Assembly: GCA_964640865.1 (NCBI GenBank)
Contig: CAZXIU010000001.1
Span: 1 to 49,852, forward strand
DNA length: 49,852 nt
Direction: 5' to 3'
Source: an uncultured archaeon
GTDB lineage: Archaea > Aenigmatarchaeota > Aenigmatarchaeia > QMZP01 > JAFGSV01
Shown here: in pieces, positions 15,292 through 25,246 of the stretch
How the letters are laid out: the number at the start of each line of letters is the position of its first letter
How positions within the stretch are numbered: the stretch's first letter is position 1
Notes under the pieces: generated by a model
Database searches by the model: none
Told to the model about the DNA's origin: nothing
Seen by the model: only the letters and a program-made list of their open reading frames with translations
Translations under genes and position numbers: made by a program

Positions 15292-17943
15292 TTAACTGAC
15301 TGCCACTGAAATGGGTCCCTCTGGTGTGGAAAATTTTAAAGCTCCCCCGCATGAACACTTTCCTGAGAGAGGCGGCCTTGCTGACTTCATTCCACAGGAC
15401 ATGCATATAAAGCCGCTTACATCAGACAGTTTGCCCTTTATCACGGGTTCTTCACATGCTTTCTTGCTGTTGTTTATGACTTCAAAAAGACCCATCTGCT
15501 TTCCCGCGCCGAGAAGCTCGTCCCTGCTTATGCCTATTGCATTGAAAATCCTCTCAAGAGGCGGAAGCAGCTGGTTGTCTATGTAATACTTCGAGTCAAT
15601 TGAAAGTCCGTTTTCCCTGACAAAATTCGGGTCCTCTGCCCTTTTGGAAAGCATCTCCATTCCCTTGACTATCACGTATCCTATCCTGTCGCCGACACCG
15701 GGAAGGTCCATATCATTTCTTTTTTCCATTTTTTTCACAACCTCGACGTGCGGCTGGACACCGGCATATTTTTCAGGTCTTCTGGTGAGGGTTTTCGTTA
15801 TGACAAGCTTCTCAATGTCAACGTCCCCGTCAAGAAGCCCCTTCACCACGTCCTTGAAATATGAAACAGCTGCCTTGGTGTCGTTTTTCTTGAGTATGAT
15901 TTCTATTATCTCTTTCATTGTTTCTCCTGTAAGCTCGCACCAGTCACGCCGCACGGTCTCTATACCCTTCATCACAATGTCGTCCTTCCATTCACCTGTT
16001 TTGTCCCTGAACATGGACCACCCCATGTAACGCTTCTTGGTCAGGGGAAGAAAACGCTTGAACAGCTTTTCGAATTCCAGTTCCATTATACCGGGAAGCC
16101 GTTCAGTCATCTTCTTCCCGATGTCTTTTCCGATTTTCTCCGCCTCTTCCATGCTTTCCGTAGGAACCTTTATCATTACGGAATCAGTATCACCATAGAC
16201 TACCTCATAACCGAAATCCTCTTCCATGGCCTTGACTGTACTGTGTATGGTTTCACGCCCGAAAGCTGTGACAGAACTGGCTATAGCGACATTGTATATC
16301 TTTGCCCTCGTGTAGCCGAAATATCCGTAGAAAGCATTAGCCAGCGTCTTTATCGCGAACTGCTTCAGGTCGAGCATTTTTCTGGTCTTCTCATCAGCGT
16401 TCCTCGCCATCTTCTTGACCTTGCTTCTCTCTTCCATAAGGTTCTCGAGTATACTCGGTATTACGCCGCGTCTGACACTGGGCTTGACGAACATTGAGCC
16501 GTTTGGTGTGGTTATGTGTTCCACATCTTCATTCCCAATAAGAAGCGTGGTCGGGCATATATTATATGTTCGTATAAGTGAAGGATACATGGACTTGAAG
16601 TCAAGCACAAGCACCATTGAATGGAGACCTTTCTTTGGCTCTATGACGAAGCCGCCTTTAAGGTCCTTGCTTTCATCCTCACCGTTACCATTGGTTCTCT
16701 CTGCTATCTGCTCATTGTTCTTGGATGGTATGATAAAGCCTTCCTTGTTGAACACCTTCAGGTAGTAATTTTCTATTCTCTGGCTTTCCCCTCCTTCCAG
16801 TACATCATTCAGGAGCGAACCTGATATTTTTGAAAGCGCGATGTACTTGTCCATGAGGTCAAGCTTCGTGATAAGCTTGAGTGCAAGTATGCTGTCCTGA
16901 AGGCAGTAATCAGCGAGTATCTGGTACTTTTCCTGGGACCCCCTCCAGAACTTCCCTATCTCTGACTTCTTGACGTCTTTCTTCTCCTCTCCTATGAGGG
17001 CTTTCGAAACAAAGTCCAGTCCGTATCTTTTCAGGTTCCAGCCCTTCTTTATCATTGAGAATGAATCCGCAATTATGCGGCCGGTTATTGTTATTCTGTG
17101 CCTTCCACCAAAGACATCATCCCTCACTGACTTGGTTTTGCATCTTCCGAATACGGGCCGTATATTATTCTTTTCCATCCTCTTCAGTATGTAGGGAAGA
17201 TCGTATCCGACAATGTTGAATCCTGTCAGGACGTCAGCGTCATATTCATTGATGATTTCCATGAAACGAATGAGCATGTCCTTTTCACCTGAGAGCGCTT
17301 CTATGCCATCTCCCGGCCTTGTGGAAAGTATAATTGATTTTGTTCTCCTGTAATCATCTGAGAATACAAGCGATATCATCGCAACAGGGTCTGTTTCGGA
17401 ATCAGGCATAGAGCCTTCATTCTTTCCCACTGTCTCTATGTCGAAAGCGAGATACCTGAGCGGAGCATCCTCCTCGGTGTCAATTATTTCGAATTCCTTT
17501 ATCTGGACAAGCCTCTGCGCTGATACGCTTGTTGTGCTTATGCCATTGCTTTCTTTCGTGCTTATCCAGCGCATTCCGCCTATGTCCGAGTCATTCATCC
17601 ACCTGTACTTGAAAAGTATATCAGCCTCGTATGTGCTTATGCCCTTCTTCTTCAGTGCTTCACGCACCTCCACTGTCTTGGCCGGATTCTTCAGTGTTAT
17701 CTTCCAGACATCGCGCGGCTCCTGATATCCCATGGGAAGGGTTCTTTTCACTTTTTCAACATTGTGTATGCTCGGAAGTCCTTCAAGGCTTTCATTTATG
17801 TCATCGCTCGCTGCATAGAAATACGGAAGGAATCCCTCATAGAAACCGCAGACACTTTTTCCTTCCCTGTCCTTTCCGAATATACGCAGAACCGGTCGCT
17901 CATTAACCATTACATAGTCGACATCCATTATCTGAAATTCCAT
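15292..17943 (-). CDS. polB: Family B DNA polymerase with C-terminal Cys4 zinc-ribbon extension
   Basis: Exo I FDIET, pol motif A DFKSMYPS, motif C YGDTDS and KKRY-type LTKKRYMG. About 60 aa follow the usual thumb end (...ERIFNAIGISRDELLGAGKQMGLFEV) and contain CMSC-x12-CSC (residues 847-865, nt 15349..15405). Confidence 0.92.
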   Translation of the reverse strand: MEFQIMDVDYVMVNERPVLRIFGKDREGKSVCGFYEGFLPYFYAASDDINESLEGLPSIHNVEKVKRTLPMGYQEPRDVWKITLKNPAKTVEVREALKKKGISTYEADILFKYRWMNDSDIGGMRWISTKESNGISTTSVSAQRLVQIKEFEIIDTEEDAPLRYLAFDIETVGKNEGSMPDSETDPVAMISLVFSDDYRRTKSIILSTRPGDGIEALSGEKDMLIRFMEIINEYDADVLTGFNIVGYDLPYILKRMEKNNIRPVFGRCKTKSVRDDVFGGRHRITITGRIIADSFSMIKKGWNLKRYGLDFVSKALIGEEKKDVKKSEIGKFWRGSQEKYQILADYCLQDSILALKLITKLDLMDKYIALSKISGSLLNDVLEGGESQRIENYYLKVFNKEGFIIPSKNNEQIAERTNGNGEDESKDLKGGFVIEPKKGLHSMVLVLDFKSMYPSLIRTYNICPTTLLIGNEDVEHITTPNGSMFVKPSVRRGVIPSILENLMEERSKVKKMARNADEKTRKMLDLKQFAIKTLANAFYGYFGYTRAKIYNVAIASSVTAFGRETIHSTVKAMEEDFGYEVVYGDTDSVMIKVPTESMEEAEKIGKDIGKKMTERLPGIMELEFEKLFKRFLPLTKKRYMGWSMFRDKTGEWKDDIVMKGIETVRRDWCELTGETMKEIIEIILKKNDTKAAVSYFKDVVKGLLDGDVDIEKLVITKTLTRRPEKYAGVQPHVEVVKKMEKRNDMDLPGVGDRIGYVIVKGMEMLSKRAEDPNFVRENGLSIDSKYYIDNQLLPPLERIFNAIGISRDELLGAGKQMGLFEVINNSKKACEEPVIKGKLSDVSGFICMSCGMKSARPPLSGKCSCGGALKFSTPEGPISVAVS

Positions 17944-18073
17944 GAAAATTCACTTGGATAAGAGATTGATTTCAACAAATAAAAACACCAATGTTCTTCG
18001 GTGGCTATAATGAAAAACCTATGTTTGACAGTATGCTTGAAATACATTTAAAACGGCGGTGCATTTGTTTATT

Positions 18074-18394
18074 ATGAGAATAAATCCGAAGCAGCTTGAG
18101 CGTGCGATGAAGCAGATGGGAATGCAGACCAAGCAGATAGAAGCGGAAGAAGTCATAATCAGGACATCTGAGAAGGACATAGTCATAAGCAATCCCAATG
18201 TCACTCTGATGAATGCCATGGGGCAGGAATCATACCAGATAGTGGGGGATGCCGAGGAAAGGCCAAGAGGCAGGTTCGTGGACGAAGACGTCAAGATGGT
18301 CATGGAAAAAACAGGCGCCAGTGAGGAAGAAGCAAGGAAAGCCCTGGAAGATGCCGGGGACATAGCGACCGCGATTCTCAGCCTCAAGAACTGA
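18074..18394 (+). CDS. nac: Nascent polypeptide-associated complex protein (archaeal NAC alpha)
   Basis: MRINPKQLERAMKQMGMQTKQIEAEEVII... is a NAC domain. The C-terminus is UBA-like (SEEEARKALEDAGDIATAI). Confidence 0.88.
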   Translation: MRINPKQLERAMKQMGMQTKQIEAEEVIIRTSEKDIVISNPNVTLMNAMGQESYQIVGDAEERPRGRFVDEDVKMVMEKTGASEEEARKALEDAGDIATAILSLKN

Positions 18395-18434
18395 TTTCTT
18401 ATCAATTAATAGCCGGAAGTCTCAATAATTATTC

Positions 18435-21026
18435 ATGCGCGACGAGTGGGAACGACTAAAGCTGGCATCTGCATACAAGAAGCTTGAAAGTGGAAAAGAC
18501 GGCATAACCGGTGATGAAGCAACCAGAAGGCTCGCAAAGCACGGAAAGAATGAAATAACATCTACAAGTCATACATCACCACTGAGGATATTGCTGTCCC
18601 AGTTCACATCACCCCTGATAGTAATACTTATAGTTGCTGGATTGGTATCGCTCGGCATAGCGCTTCTTCCTGGTTCTGAACATACCTTCATAGATTCAGC
18701 GCTCATACTGCTCATAGTCTTGGCTGTCGGCATTTCCGGTTTCTTTCAGGACTGGAAAGCTGAAAAGGCTATAGATGCGCTCAAAAAGATGTCCAGCCCC
18801 ACAGCCAAGGTAATCAGAGACGGGACCATAATTTCAGTAAAAGCTGTTGACCTTGTTCCCGGTGATGTTGTAATAATCGAACCCGGAGACATCGTGCCTG
18901 CTGACGGGAAGATAATAGAATCCATGGGCATGATGATAGACGAGTCCATACTCACCGGAGAATCAAAGACTGTGAGAAAAGCTGCCGGGGATGTAGCCAG
19001 AATGAGCACGAGCCTCACATCCGGCCGCGGGAAGCTGCTGATTTTCGGGACAGGGTTATACACGGAAGTCGGAAAGCTCGCTGAGAAGATGGAAGAGATT
19101 GGCGAAACCAGGACACCCTTCCAGAATGAGCTGTCGGCTTTCAGCAAGAAAATATTCTGGATGGTGGGGATAATAGCGGTTGTCATGATGGCTGTGGGAT
19201 ATTTCAAATACGGATTATATGATGCATTCCTGATTTCCATATCCCTTGCTGTTGCTGCGATACCCGAGGGGCTTCCTGCAGTTGTGACACTGGCGCTTGC
19301 GCTTGGAGCAAAATCCATGGCCAGTAACAACGCGCTGATAAGGAAACTGGCTGTAGCCGAGTCTGTAGGCTCTGTGAACGTCATATGCACAGACAAGACA
19401 GGCACGCTCACGAAGAACAGAATGTCTGTCACAAAAATGTATTTCGATGACGTTGTCTTTGATTCTGCGGCACTGAATGATTCTGACAAGGGAAGGATGG
19501 AGAAGCTCATGCTCTGCGGTACACTGTGCAATGATTCGCGCTTCATGCCGGGTGACGGCACTGAAAGGAAGATGACAGGAGACCAGACTGAGGTGGCGAT
19601 AGCCGAATTCGCAATAAATAACGGGGTAGACTATGACGGCTTGAGGGGAAAATACAAGAGAATAAATGAGATCTCATTCACATCGAAGCGGAAGATGATG
19701 AGTGTGCTTTGCAGGCATCAAAATGAGAATATTGTATTCACCAAGGGAGCTCCTGAGGTTGTTCTGAATCACTGCACGCGTATGCTTTTTGGAGGAAAGA
19801 TTGTAAAGCTGGACAGGAAGAGAAAGGAGAAGATACTCAAGCAGAATACGCAATTCGCTTCACATGCCCTCAGGGTTCTTGCTTTTTCATACAAGAAGGC
19901 CAGCGGCAGCATTTCCGAGGAAGAAATGGAAAGCGATATGATATTCATAGGACTTGAGGGCATGCTGGACCCTCCAAGGGATGAGGTGAAGGATGCTCTT
20001 GCTGACTGCGCTACAGCCGGCATAAGGGTAGTCATGATAACCGGTGACAATATAGAGACAGCGAAAGCGATTGCCAATGAGATAGGGCTCAGCAGCACAA
20101 GCGCAATATCCGGAGATGATATCGGGAAGATGAGCGATGCAGACCTTCGGAAGGTGCTTGATGCAGGTGCCAATATTTTCGCCAGGACATCGCCTTTTGA
20201 CAAGCTGAGGATACTTGAGATGCTCCAGAAGGACAATCGTGTCATAATGACAGGAGACGGCGTGAACGATGTGCTGGCACTGAAGAAGGCAGATGTCGGC
20301 ATTGCAATGGGCGAGAGGGGTACGGAAGTGGCCAAGGAGGCGAGCGATATCATACTCCTCGACGACAACTTCACGAGCATAAGAAACGCTGTCCGCGAAG
20401 GCAGGCGAATATTCGACAACATAAGGAAGTTCGTGAATTACCTCCTCAGCTGCAATCTCGCAGAGGTGTTCGTTATTTTCATGGGAACCATGATTTTCTC
20501 AATGAATGACCCCATAATGCTTCCGGTTCATATACTCTGGATAAACCTTCTCACTGACGGAATGCCAGCACTTGCGCTCGGAGTAGACCCTGCGCTTCCG
20601 AATACAATGAAAAGAAAGCCAAGGGAAATCGGCGACAGCATACTCGACAGGAAAACATTCTACAATGTAATGGCAATGGGCCTCAACATGGGAATACTGC
20701 TCCTTATTGTATTCACAATGACACTTTCATCAGGACTGGAGACCGCAAGGACAACACTTTTCATGGGTTTCGTGCTGTACGAGTTCATGAGAATAGCTGT
20801 CATAAGACATCAGGAAGAACTGGGTATCTTTGACAATAAGATGCTTCTGGTCACACTTATGGTGTCCCTGATACTCCAGTTGACAGTGATATACAGCCCG
20901 CTGAATGCATACTTTTCACTGGTTCCTCTTGGATTATACGAGTGGTCGATACTTCTGGCATTCGCTGCTGTCGGATGGATGACATCCATTGGCTTATCCA
21001 GGATTGTGACAAGAAAAACCAAATAA
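18435..21026 (+). CDS. P-type cation-transporting ATPase, type II (Ca2+-ATPase-like)
   Basis: DKTGTLT phosphorylation site, TGES, MITGDN and TGDGVNDVLALKKADVGIAMG. TM4 has PEGLP, and TM6-like WINLLTDGMPALALG resembles SERCA/PMCA-type pumps. Confidence 0.9.
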   Translation: MRDEWERLKLASAYKKLESGKDGITGDEATRRLAKHGKNEITSTSHTSPLRILLSQFTSPLIVILIVAGLVSLGIALLPGSEHTFIDSALILLIVLAVGISGFFQDWKAEKAIDALKKMSSPTAKVIRDGTIISVKAVDLVPGDVVIIEPGDIVPADGKIIESMGMMIDESILTGESKTVRKAAGDVARMSTSLTSGRGKLLIFGTGLYTEVGKLAEKMEEIGETRTPFQNELSAFSKKIFWMVGIIAVVMMAVGYFKYGLYDAFLISISLAVAAIPEGLPAVVTLALALGAKSMASNNALIRKLAVAESVGSVNVICTDKTGTLTKNRMSVTKMYFDDVVFDSAALNDSDKGRMEKLMLCGTLCNDSRFMPGDGTERKMTGDQTEVAIAEFAINNGVDYDGLRGKYKRINEISFTSKRKMMSVLCRHQNENIVFTKGAPEVVLNHCTRMLFGGKIVKLDRKRKEKILKQNTQFASHALRVLAFSYKKASGSISEEEMESDMIFIGLEGMLDPPRDEVKDALADCATAGIRVVMITGDNIETAKAIANEIGLSSTSAISGDDIGKMSDADLRKVLDAGANIFARTSPFDKLRILEMLQKDNRVIMTGDGVNDVLALKKADVGIAMGERGTEVAKEASDIILLDDNFTSIRNAVREGRRIFDNIRKFVNYLLSCNLAEVFVIFMGTMIFSMNDPIMLPVHILWINLLTDGMPALALGVDPALPNTMKRKPREIGDSILDRKTFYNVMAMGLNMGILLLIVFTMTLSSGLETARTTLFMGFVLYEFMRIAVIRHQEELGIFDNKMLLVTLMVSLILQLTVIYSPLNAYFSLVPLGLYEWSILLAFAAVGWMTSIGLSRIVTRKTK

Positions 21027-21050
21027 AAGAAACATTCACAATGATTACTT

Positions 21051-21983
21051 ATGGACTTTACAATGGATTTTATATTTTTTGTAATAGGACTTCTTGTCCT
21101 TCTCAAGGGAGCTTCCATTTTCACAGACAATGCCTCAAGGATAGCCAAGAGCATAGGTGTTTCAGATATAGTGATAGGGCTGACACTGGTTGCATTCACC
21201 ACGTCGCTCCCTGAGCTTGCTGTCAGCGTTCTGTCTGCTTTCAGGGGAATTCCGGGCATAGCACTTGGAAATGTTATAGGTTCCAATATAGCCAATATAG
21301 GTCTTGTCCTTGGAATTGCAGCGATAGTCACGCCGGGCATAGCTACGAGAAAGAGTGAACTCAGGCAGAGCTACATAATGATTGCAGTCACATTCATAGC
21401 AATACTCTTTCTGATAGACGGACTGACACCGATAGACGGCATAATCCTTGTCGCAGGACTGTTCGGTTATGTCTACTATCTCTACAAGGACAAAGACCTT
21501 AAGGAAAACATAATAGAGAAGATAGTCGACAGAAGCAGCCTTCCAAAGGGACTGACGCTATGCATGATAGGTGCAGCGGGCGTTCTCATTGGAGCTGAAC
21601 TGATGGTCGGCGCAAGCACACGCATCGCATCGGGATTCGGAATAACCGAATCTGTCATAGGGCTGACTATTATAGCAATAGGGACATCGCTTCCTGAACT
21701 GGCCACATCCATAACAGCCGCACTCAAGAAACTTGAGGGGATTGCCTTGGGCAACATCATAGGAAGCAACATATTCAACCTCATGATGGTGATGGGTCTC
21801 TCGGCAATAGCAGGCACGATGCCTGCAGACTTCTCCATAATATCGCAGAGTGTTCCTGTTATGATACTACTCTCAGTGATATTGGTTGTGCTCATGAAGA
21901 CTGAAAACAAACTTGGCCGTGTTGAAGGAATAGCACTGTTGTCGATATATTCCTTCTTCATATACATGAAGTTCTTCCTCTGA
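21051..21983 (+). CDS. Ca2+/cation antiporter (CaCA, NCX/YrbG-like)
   Basis: Two alpha-repeats, GNVIGSNIANIG and GNIIGSNIFNLM, each preceded by TSLPEL. About 10 TM helices. Confidence 0.85.
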   Translation: MDFTMDFIFFVIGLLVLLKGASIFTDNASRIAKSIGVSDIVIGLTLVAFTTSLPELAVSVLSAFRGIPGIALGNVIGSNIANIGLVLGIAAIVTPGIATRKSELRQSYIMIAVTFIAILFLIDGLTPIDGIILVAGLFGYVYYLYKDKDLKENIIEKIVDRSSLPKGLTLCMIGAAGVLIGAELMVGASTRIASGFGITESVIGLTIIAIGTSLPELATSITAALKKLEGIALGNIIGSNIFNLMMVMGLSAIAGTMPADFSIISQSVPVMILLSVILVVLMKTENKLGRVEGIALLSIYSFFIYMKFFL

Positions 21984-22022
21984 GGTCACAGATTTAAACC
22001 TCTGCTCCAGAATTTACATAAT

Positions 22023-24230
22023 ATGAATCTGGACGATATTCTTATCAGGCTGGGCCTAAAGGAGGAATCGAAGGCCAAGTCCGCCATGAACTTTGTTATC
22101 AAGAACTGGTGGGTATGGTGTCTCATAGCCATAACAGTATTCTCATTCTGGACAAGGATGATACCTGCGAAGTACGGCGAGCTCCAGGCGCTTGACCCAT
22201 TCTACGCATACAGGATAAACGAGCTGATGCTTCAGAACAATCTCCAGGTGCCTGAATTCGACCCGATAAGGTACTGGCCTGACGGCGTTCCCATTGAGAA
22301 ATACGGGCCGCTGATGTATTTCTATGTGCCTGTGATGCTGTACGTAGCCATGGGCTCAGTCGGCATCACCATGACATACCTGAACTTCGCCATAATGTAT
22401 CCCGCTCTCATGGGAGCACTGGCCGTGTTCATAATGTTCTTCCTAGCAAGGGAGATATTCGATGACAACAACGCAGGACTCTTCAGCGCGTTCTTCCTTG
22501 CGACTGTTCCGGGATACATTGCCCGTACATCAGCAGGATTCTTCGACAAGGAAGCAACAGGAGGGACATTCCTGCTTCTTGCTATCCTCTTATTTGTGCT
22601 GGCATACAAGAGGAACTCCTGGAAATACGGTGCACTTTCCGCAATAGCAGTATTTGTTTCAATGGGCTCATGGGGCGGCGCGCAGTTCATCATATACATA
22701 GTTTCGATTTTCGCCATAGCCATGCTGCTGCTGAACAGGTTCAGCAGGAACATGATGCCGTCTGTAATATTTGTGCTTCTTTCAGCAGTTGCCACGCAGC
22801 GTCTTTTCCTAGGACTTGACCTGACAATCGAACAAATCATAGCATCTGTGACAATTCTAATGATTCTCATACGATATGCTGCCGAGCGTTATGAACTAAT
22901 CAAAAAGGAGCAGTTCATCTACATCGCGCCTGTGATAATTGTTTCAATCATACTCTTCATGCTCGTCGGCTCCATGTTCTCAGATACGCTGTGGTACATG
23001 GTAAACAGGGCGATAGGCCTTGTGGTAATTTCAGAACAGGGTGTCATAGCAAGCACAGTTGCAGAGCAGATGCCTGGCTCATGGAGTGATATAACATCCA
23101 GGACTGACATAGGATTCGGGCTGAACATACTCCCGGCACTTGCGCCTTACAGGATGCTCCTGAGTGTGTGGTTCCTGATGATGCTTGGCATAATATTTGC
23201 CGCATACAATGTCTACACTGAAAAGAACATGCTGATCATGATACCTGTCTTCTGGCTGCTGATGTCCGTGCAGACAGTGTTATACATGGTCAGGCTGGTC
23301 TTCTTCCTCGGGCCGCCTGCTGCGATAATGGCCGGCTACTGCGCGGCTCAGCTCATCAAGTTCCTGATGAAATACAACTTCACAGCATCCGTAAAAGGCA
23401 AGGACATCAAGCTGCTGGTCATTCCGCTGATGATTTTCGTCTCGCTTGTGATACTTTCCAATGCGGTCACAGGATACGTGTTCTGCAATTCACTCGGCCC
23501 GTCCTACAACCAGTACTGGGATGAATCAATGACATTCATGAAGGAGAACACAGCAGCGAATGCGTCAATACTTTCATGGTGGGACTTCGGATACTGGTTC
23601 CAGACAAGGGGCGAACGCCCGAGCATAGCGGACGGGGGAAACATAAACGGCACTGTCAACCACCAGATAGCTGAATGGTACATAGACAGGAGCGACAACT
23701 GGACGTCATACAGGCAGTGGATGAAAAGCAAGCAGGTCGACTACATACTAATGGACTATACGCTTCCGGGAAAATACGGCGCCATATCCAAGATAGGTAC
23801 CCATGGCAAAACTGTCATAGGCATGCTGCAGATGCAGTACACAGGCGAATATCCCCAGGAGAACAAGACAATAGCTGAATTCAAGTCCGGCCAGTACGTG
23901 GTGTGGCTGCCCATGGGCTCAGGCGGAAACGTGGTAGGGGCACCACTTTTCATGATCACGGACGGGGAGCAGTACCTTGGAAGGAGCTACATACAGGACA
24001 TGTGCACCACCAATGGAATAATAAGGATACCTGTTGAGGACGAGTCAAACATAATACCTGGATGCGTGACCATAACGTCTTATGGCCTCTTTTACATACC
24101 ACCGGAAGCAGAGTTCTCAATATTCACGGACCTCATGTTCATGGACGGCTACGGCATACCGGACGTGGAGAAGGTGTTCGACAACCAGCTGATAAAGATA
24201 TACAGGCTTGAGATAAACGAGAGCATTTAG
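22023..24230 (+). CDS. aglB: Oligosaccharyltransferase AglB (STT3 family)
   Basis: N-terminal 13-TM-type domain followed by the WWDFGYW (WWDYG) catalytic motif and a soluble C-terminal domain. Confidence 0.88.
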   Translation: MNLDDILIRLGLKEESKAKSAMNFVIKNWWVWCLIAITVFSFWTRMIPAKYGELQALDPFYAYRINELMLQNNLQVPEFDPIRYWPDGVPIEKYGPLMYFYVPVMLYVAMGSVGITMTYLNFAIMYPALMGALAVFIMFFLAREIFDDNNAGLFSAFFLATVPGYIARTSAGFFDKEATGGTFLLLAILLFVLAYKRNSWKYGALSAIAVFVSMGSWGGAQFIIYIVSIFAIAMLLLNRFSRNMMPSVIFVLLSAVATQRLFLGLDLTIEQIIASVTILMILIRYAAERYELIKKEQFIYIAPVIIVSIILFMLVGSMFSDTLWYMVNRAIGLVVISEQGVIASTVAEQMPGSWSDITSRTDIGFGLNILPALAPYRMLLSVWFLMMLGIIFAAYNVYTEKNMLIMIPVFWLLMSVQTVLYMVRLVFFLGPPAAIMAGYCAAQLIKFLMKYNFTASVKGKDIKLLVIPLMIFVSLVILSNAVTGYVFCNSLGPSYNQYWDESMTFMKENTAANASILSWWDFGYWFQTRGERPSIADGGNINGTVNHQIAEWYIDRSDNWTSYRQWMKSKQVDYILMDYTLPGKYGAISKIGTHGKTVIGMLQMQYTGEYPQENKTIAEFKSGQYVVWLPMGSGGNVVGAPLFMITDGEQYLGRSYIQDMCTTNGIIRIPVEDESNIIPGCVTITSYGLFYIPPEAEFSIFTDLMFMDGYGIPDVEKVFDNQLIKIYRLEINESI

Positions 24231-25246
24231 CTGGACGGCGACCAGATTGACAGGGCTATGAGCGCAAGCACAAATTCTGTGAGGAAGACCATAATGACAA
24301 CGTCCCTTTCATAGACCTTCTTTTTGAACACCTTCAGGAGCTTTATCATCAGGTGCGTGAAATCATAGACCTTTCCGTAAGGCATGTCAAGGCTTCCGTC
24401 CTTGTTCACCTTTCCGAATGCTTCGACATTCCTAACCTTGTCTATGAACCTGAATCTCACGAACATGAGGACATCGAAAAAGAAGGGAATGAAAAGTATC
24501 AGAGCGAATTTTTCCATGTTTCCGAGAATTGCCACCACAGCTATCGTCGCGCCGACTGCGTATGTCAGGCTGTCCCCTGGGAATATACGTGCAGGAACCT
24601 TATTGAACCAGAGGAATGCCAGAAGCGAAAAAGCCATTATAAGAGCTATCATGCTGACCCATCCGGCACCAGACAGCCATGAAATCAGCGCCAGTGCCGA
24701 AAGTATTATCGCGCCTGTTCCGGCTTCCATTCCGTTGTACCCGGCGAGCATGTTATACCCGTTGGTTGCCCCTATTATTCCCAGAGGCACCAGCAGGAGG
24801 GGGAAGAACATGCCAAAATCAACGAAACCGAGGAACGGTATGTTCATGATGGATTCTCCTGCATTCACAATTGCCAGTGGTATGGCTATGGGGATTGTCA
24901 GAAGGACTTTTGTCCGCTGAGTCATGCCGGACTTCCAACCGAGAATGTCATCTATGAAACCGACGAATCCTGCAAGAAGTATGGTTGTCAGCGCAGCGAA
25001 TATCTCAACAGCGCCTACATCTGATGAAAAATAGAATGTGTTAAGGAAGATGTAAAGCAGTATGCCTGAAACAGCACCGGCGATTACCGTGACGCCTCCC
25101 GCCTCCGGGACCTTTCTTCTGTCATACTTGTTCATATCCTTTCCCTCAAGTCCCATTCCCGTTGCCTTATTCATCCACCTGGGTACCAGAAGGAATGTCG
25201 TCAGGAATGAAACCGAAAGGCATATGAAGAGTGTTAAATCAGCCAT
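24227..25246 (-). CDS. UDP-GlcNAc:dolichyl-phosphate GlcNAc-1-phosphate transferase (GT4/MraY-WecA-GPT family, AglH-like)
   Basis: Polytopic membrane protein with FIDDILG and NGYNMLAGYNGMEAG motifs typical of polyprenyl-phosphate HexNAc-1-P transferases. Confidence 0.8.
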   Translation of the reverse strand: MADLTLFICLSVSFLTTFLLVPRWMNKATGMGLEGKDMNKYDRRKVPEAGGVTVIAGAVSGILLYIFLNTFYFSSDVGAVEIFAALTTILLAGFVGFIDDILGWKSGMTQRTKVLLTIPIAIPLAIVNAGESIMNIPFLGFVDFGMFFPLLLVPLGIIGATNGYNMLAGYNGMEAGTGAIILSALALISWLSGAGWVSMIALIMAFSLLAFLWFNKVPARIFPGDSLTYAVGATIAVVAILGNMEKFALILFIPFFFDVLMFVRFRFIDKVRNVEAFGKVNKDGSLDMPYGKVYDFTHLMIKLLKVFKKKVYERDVVIMVFLTEFVLALIALSIWSPSS

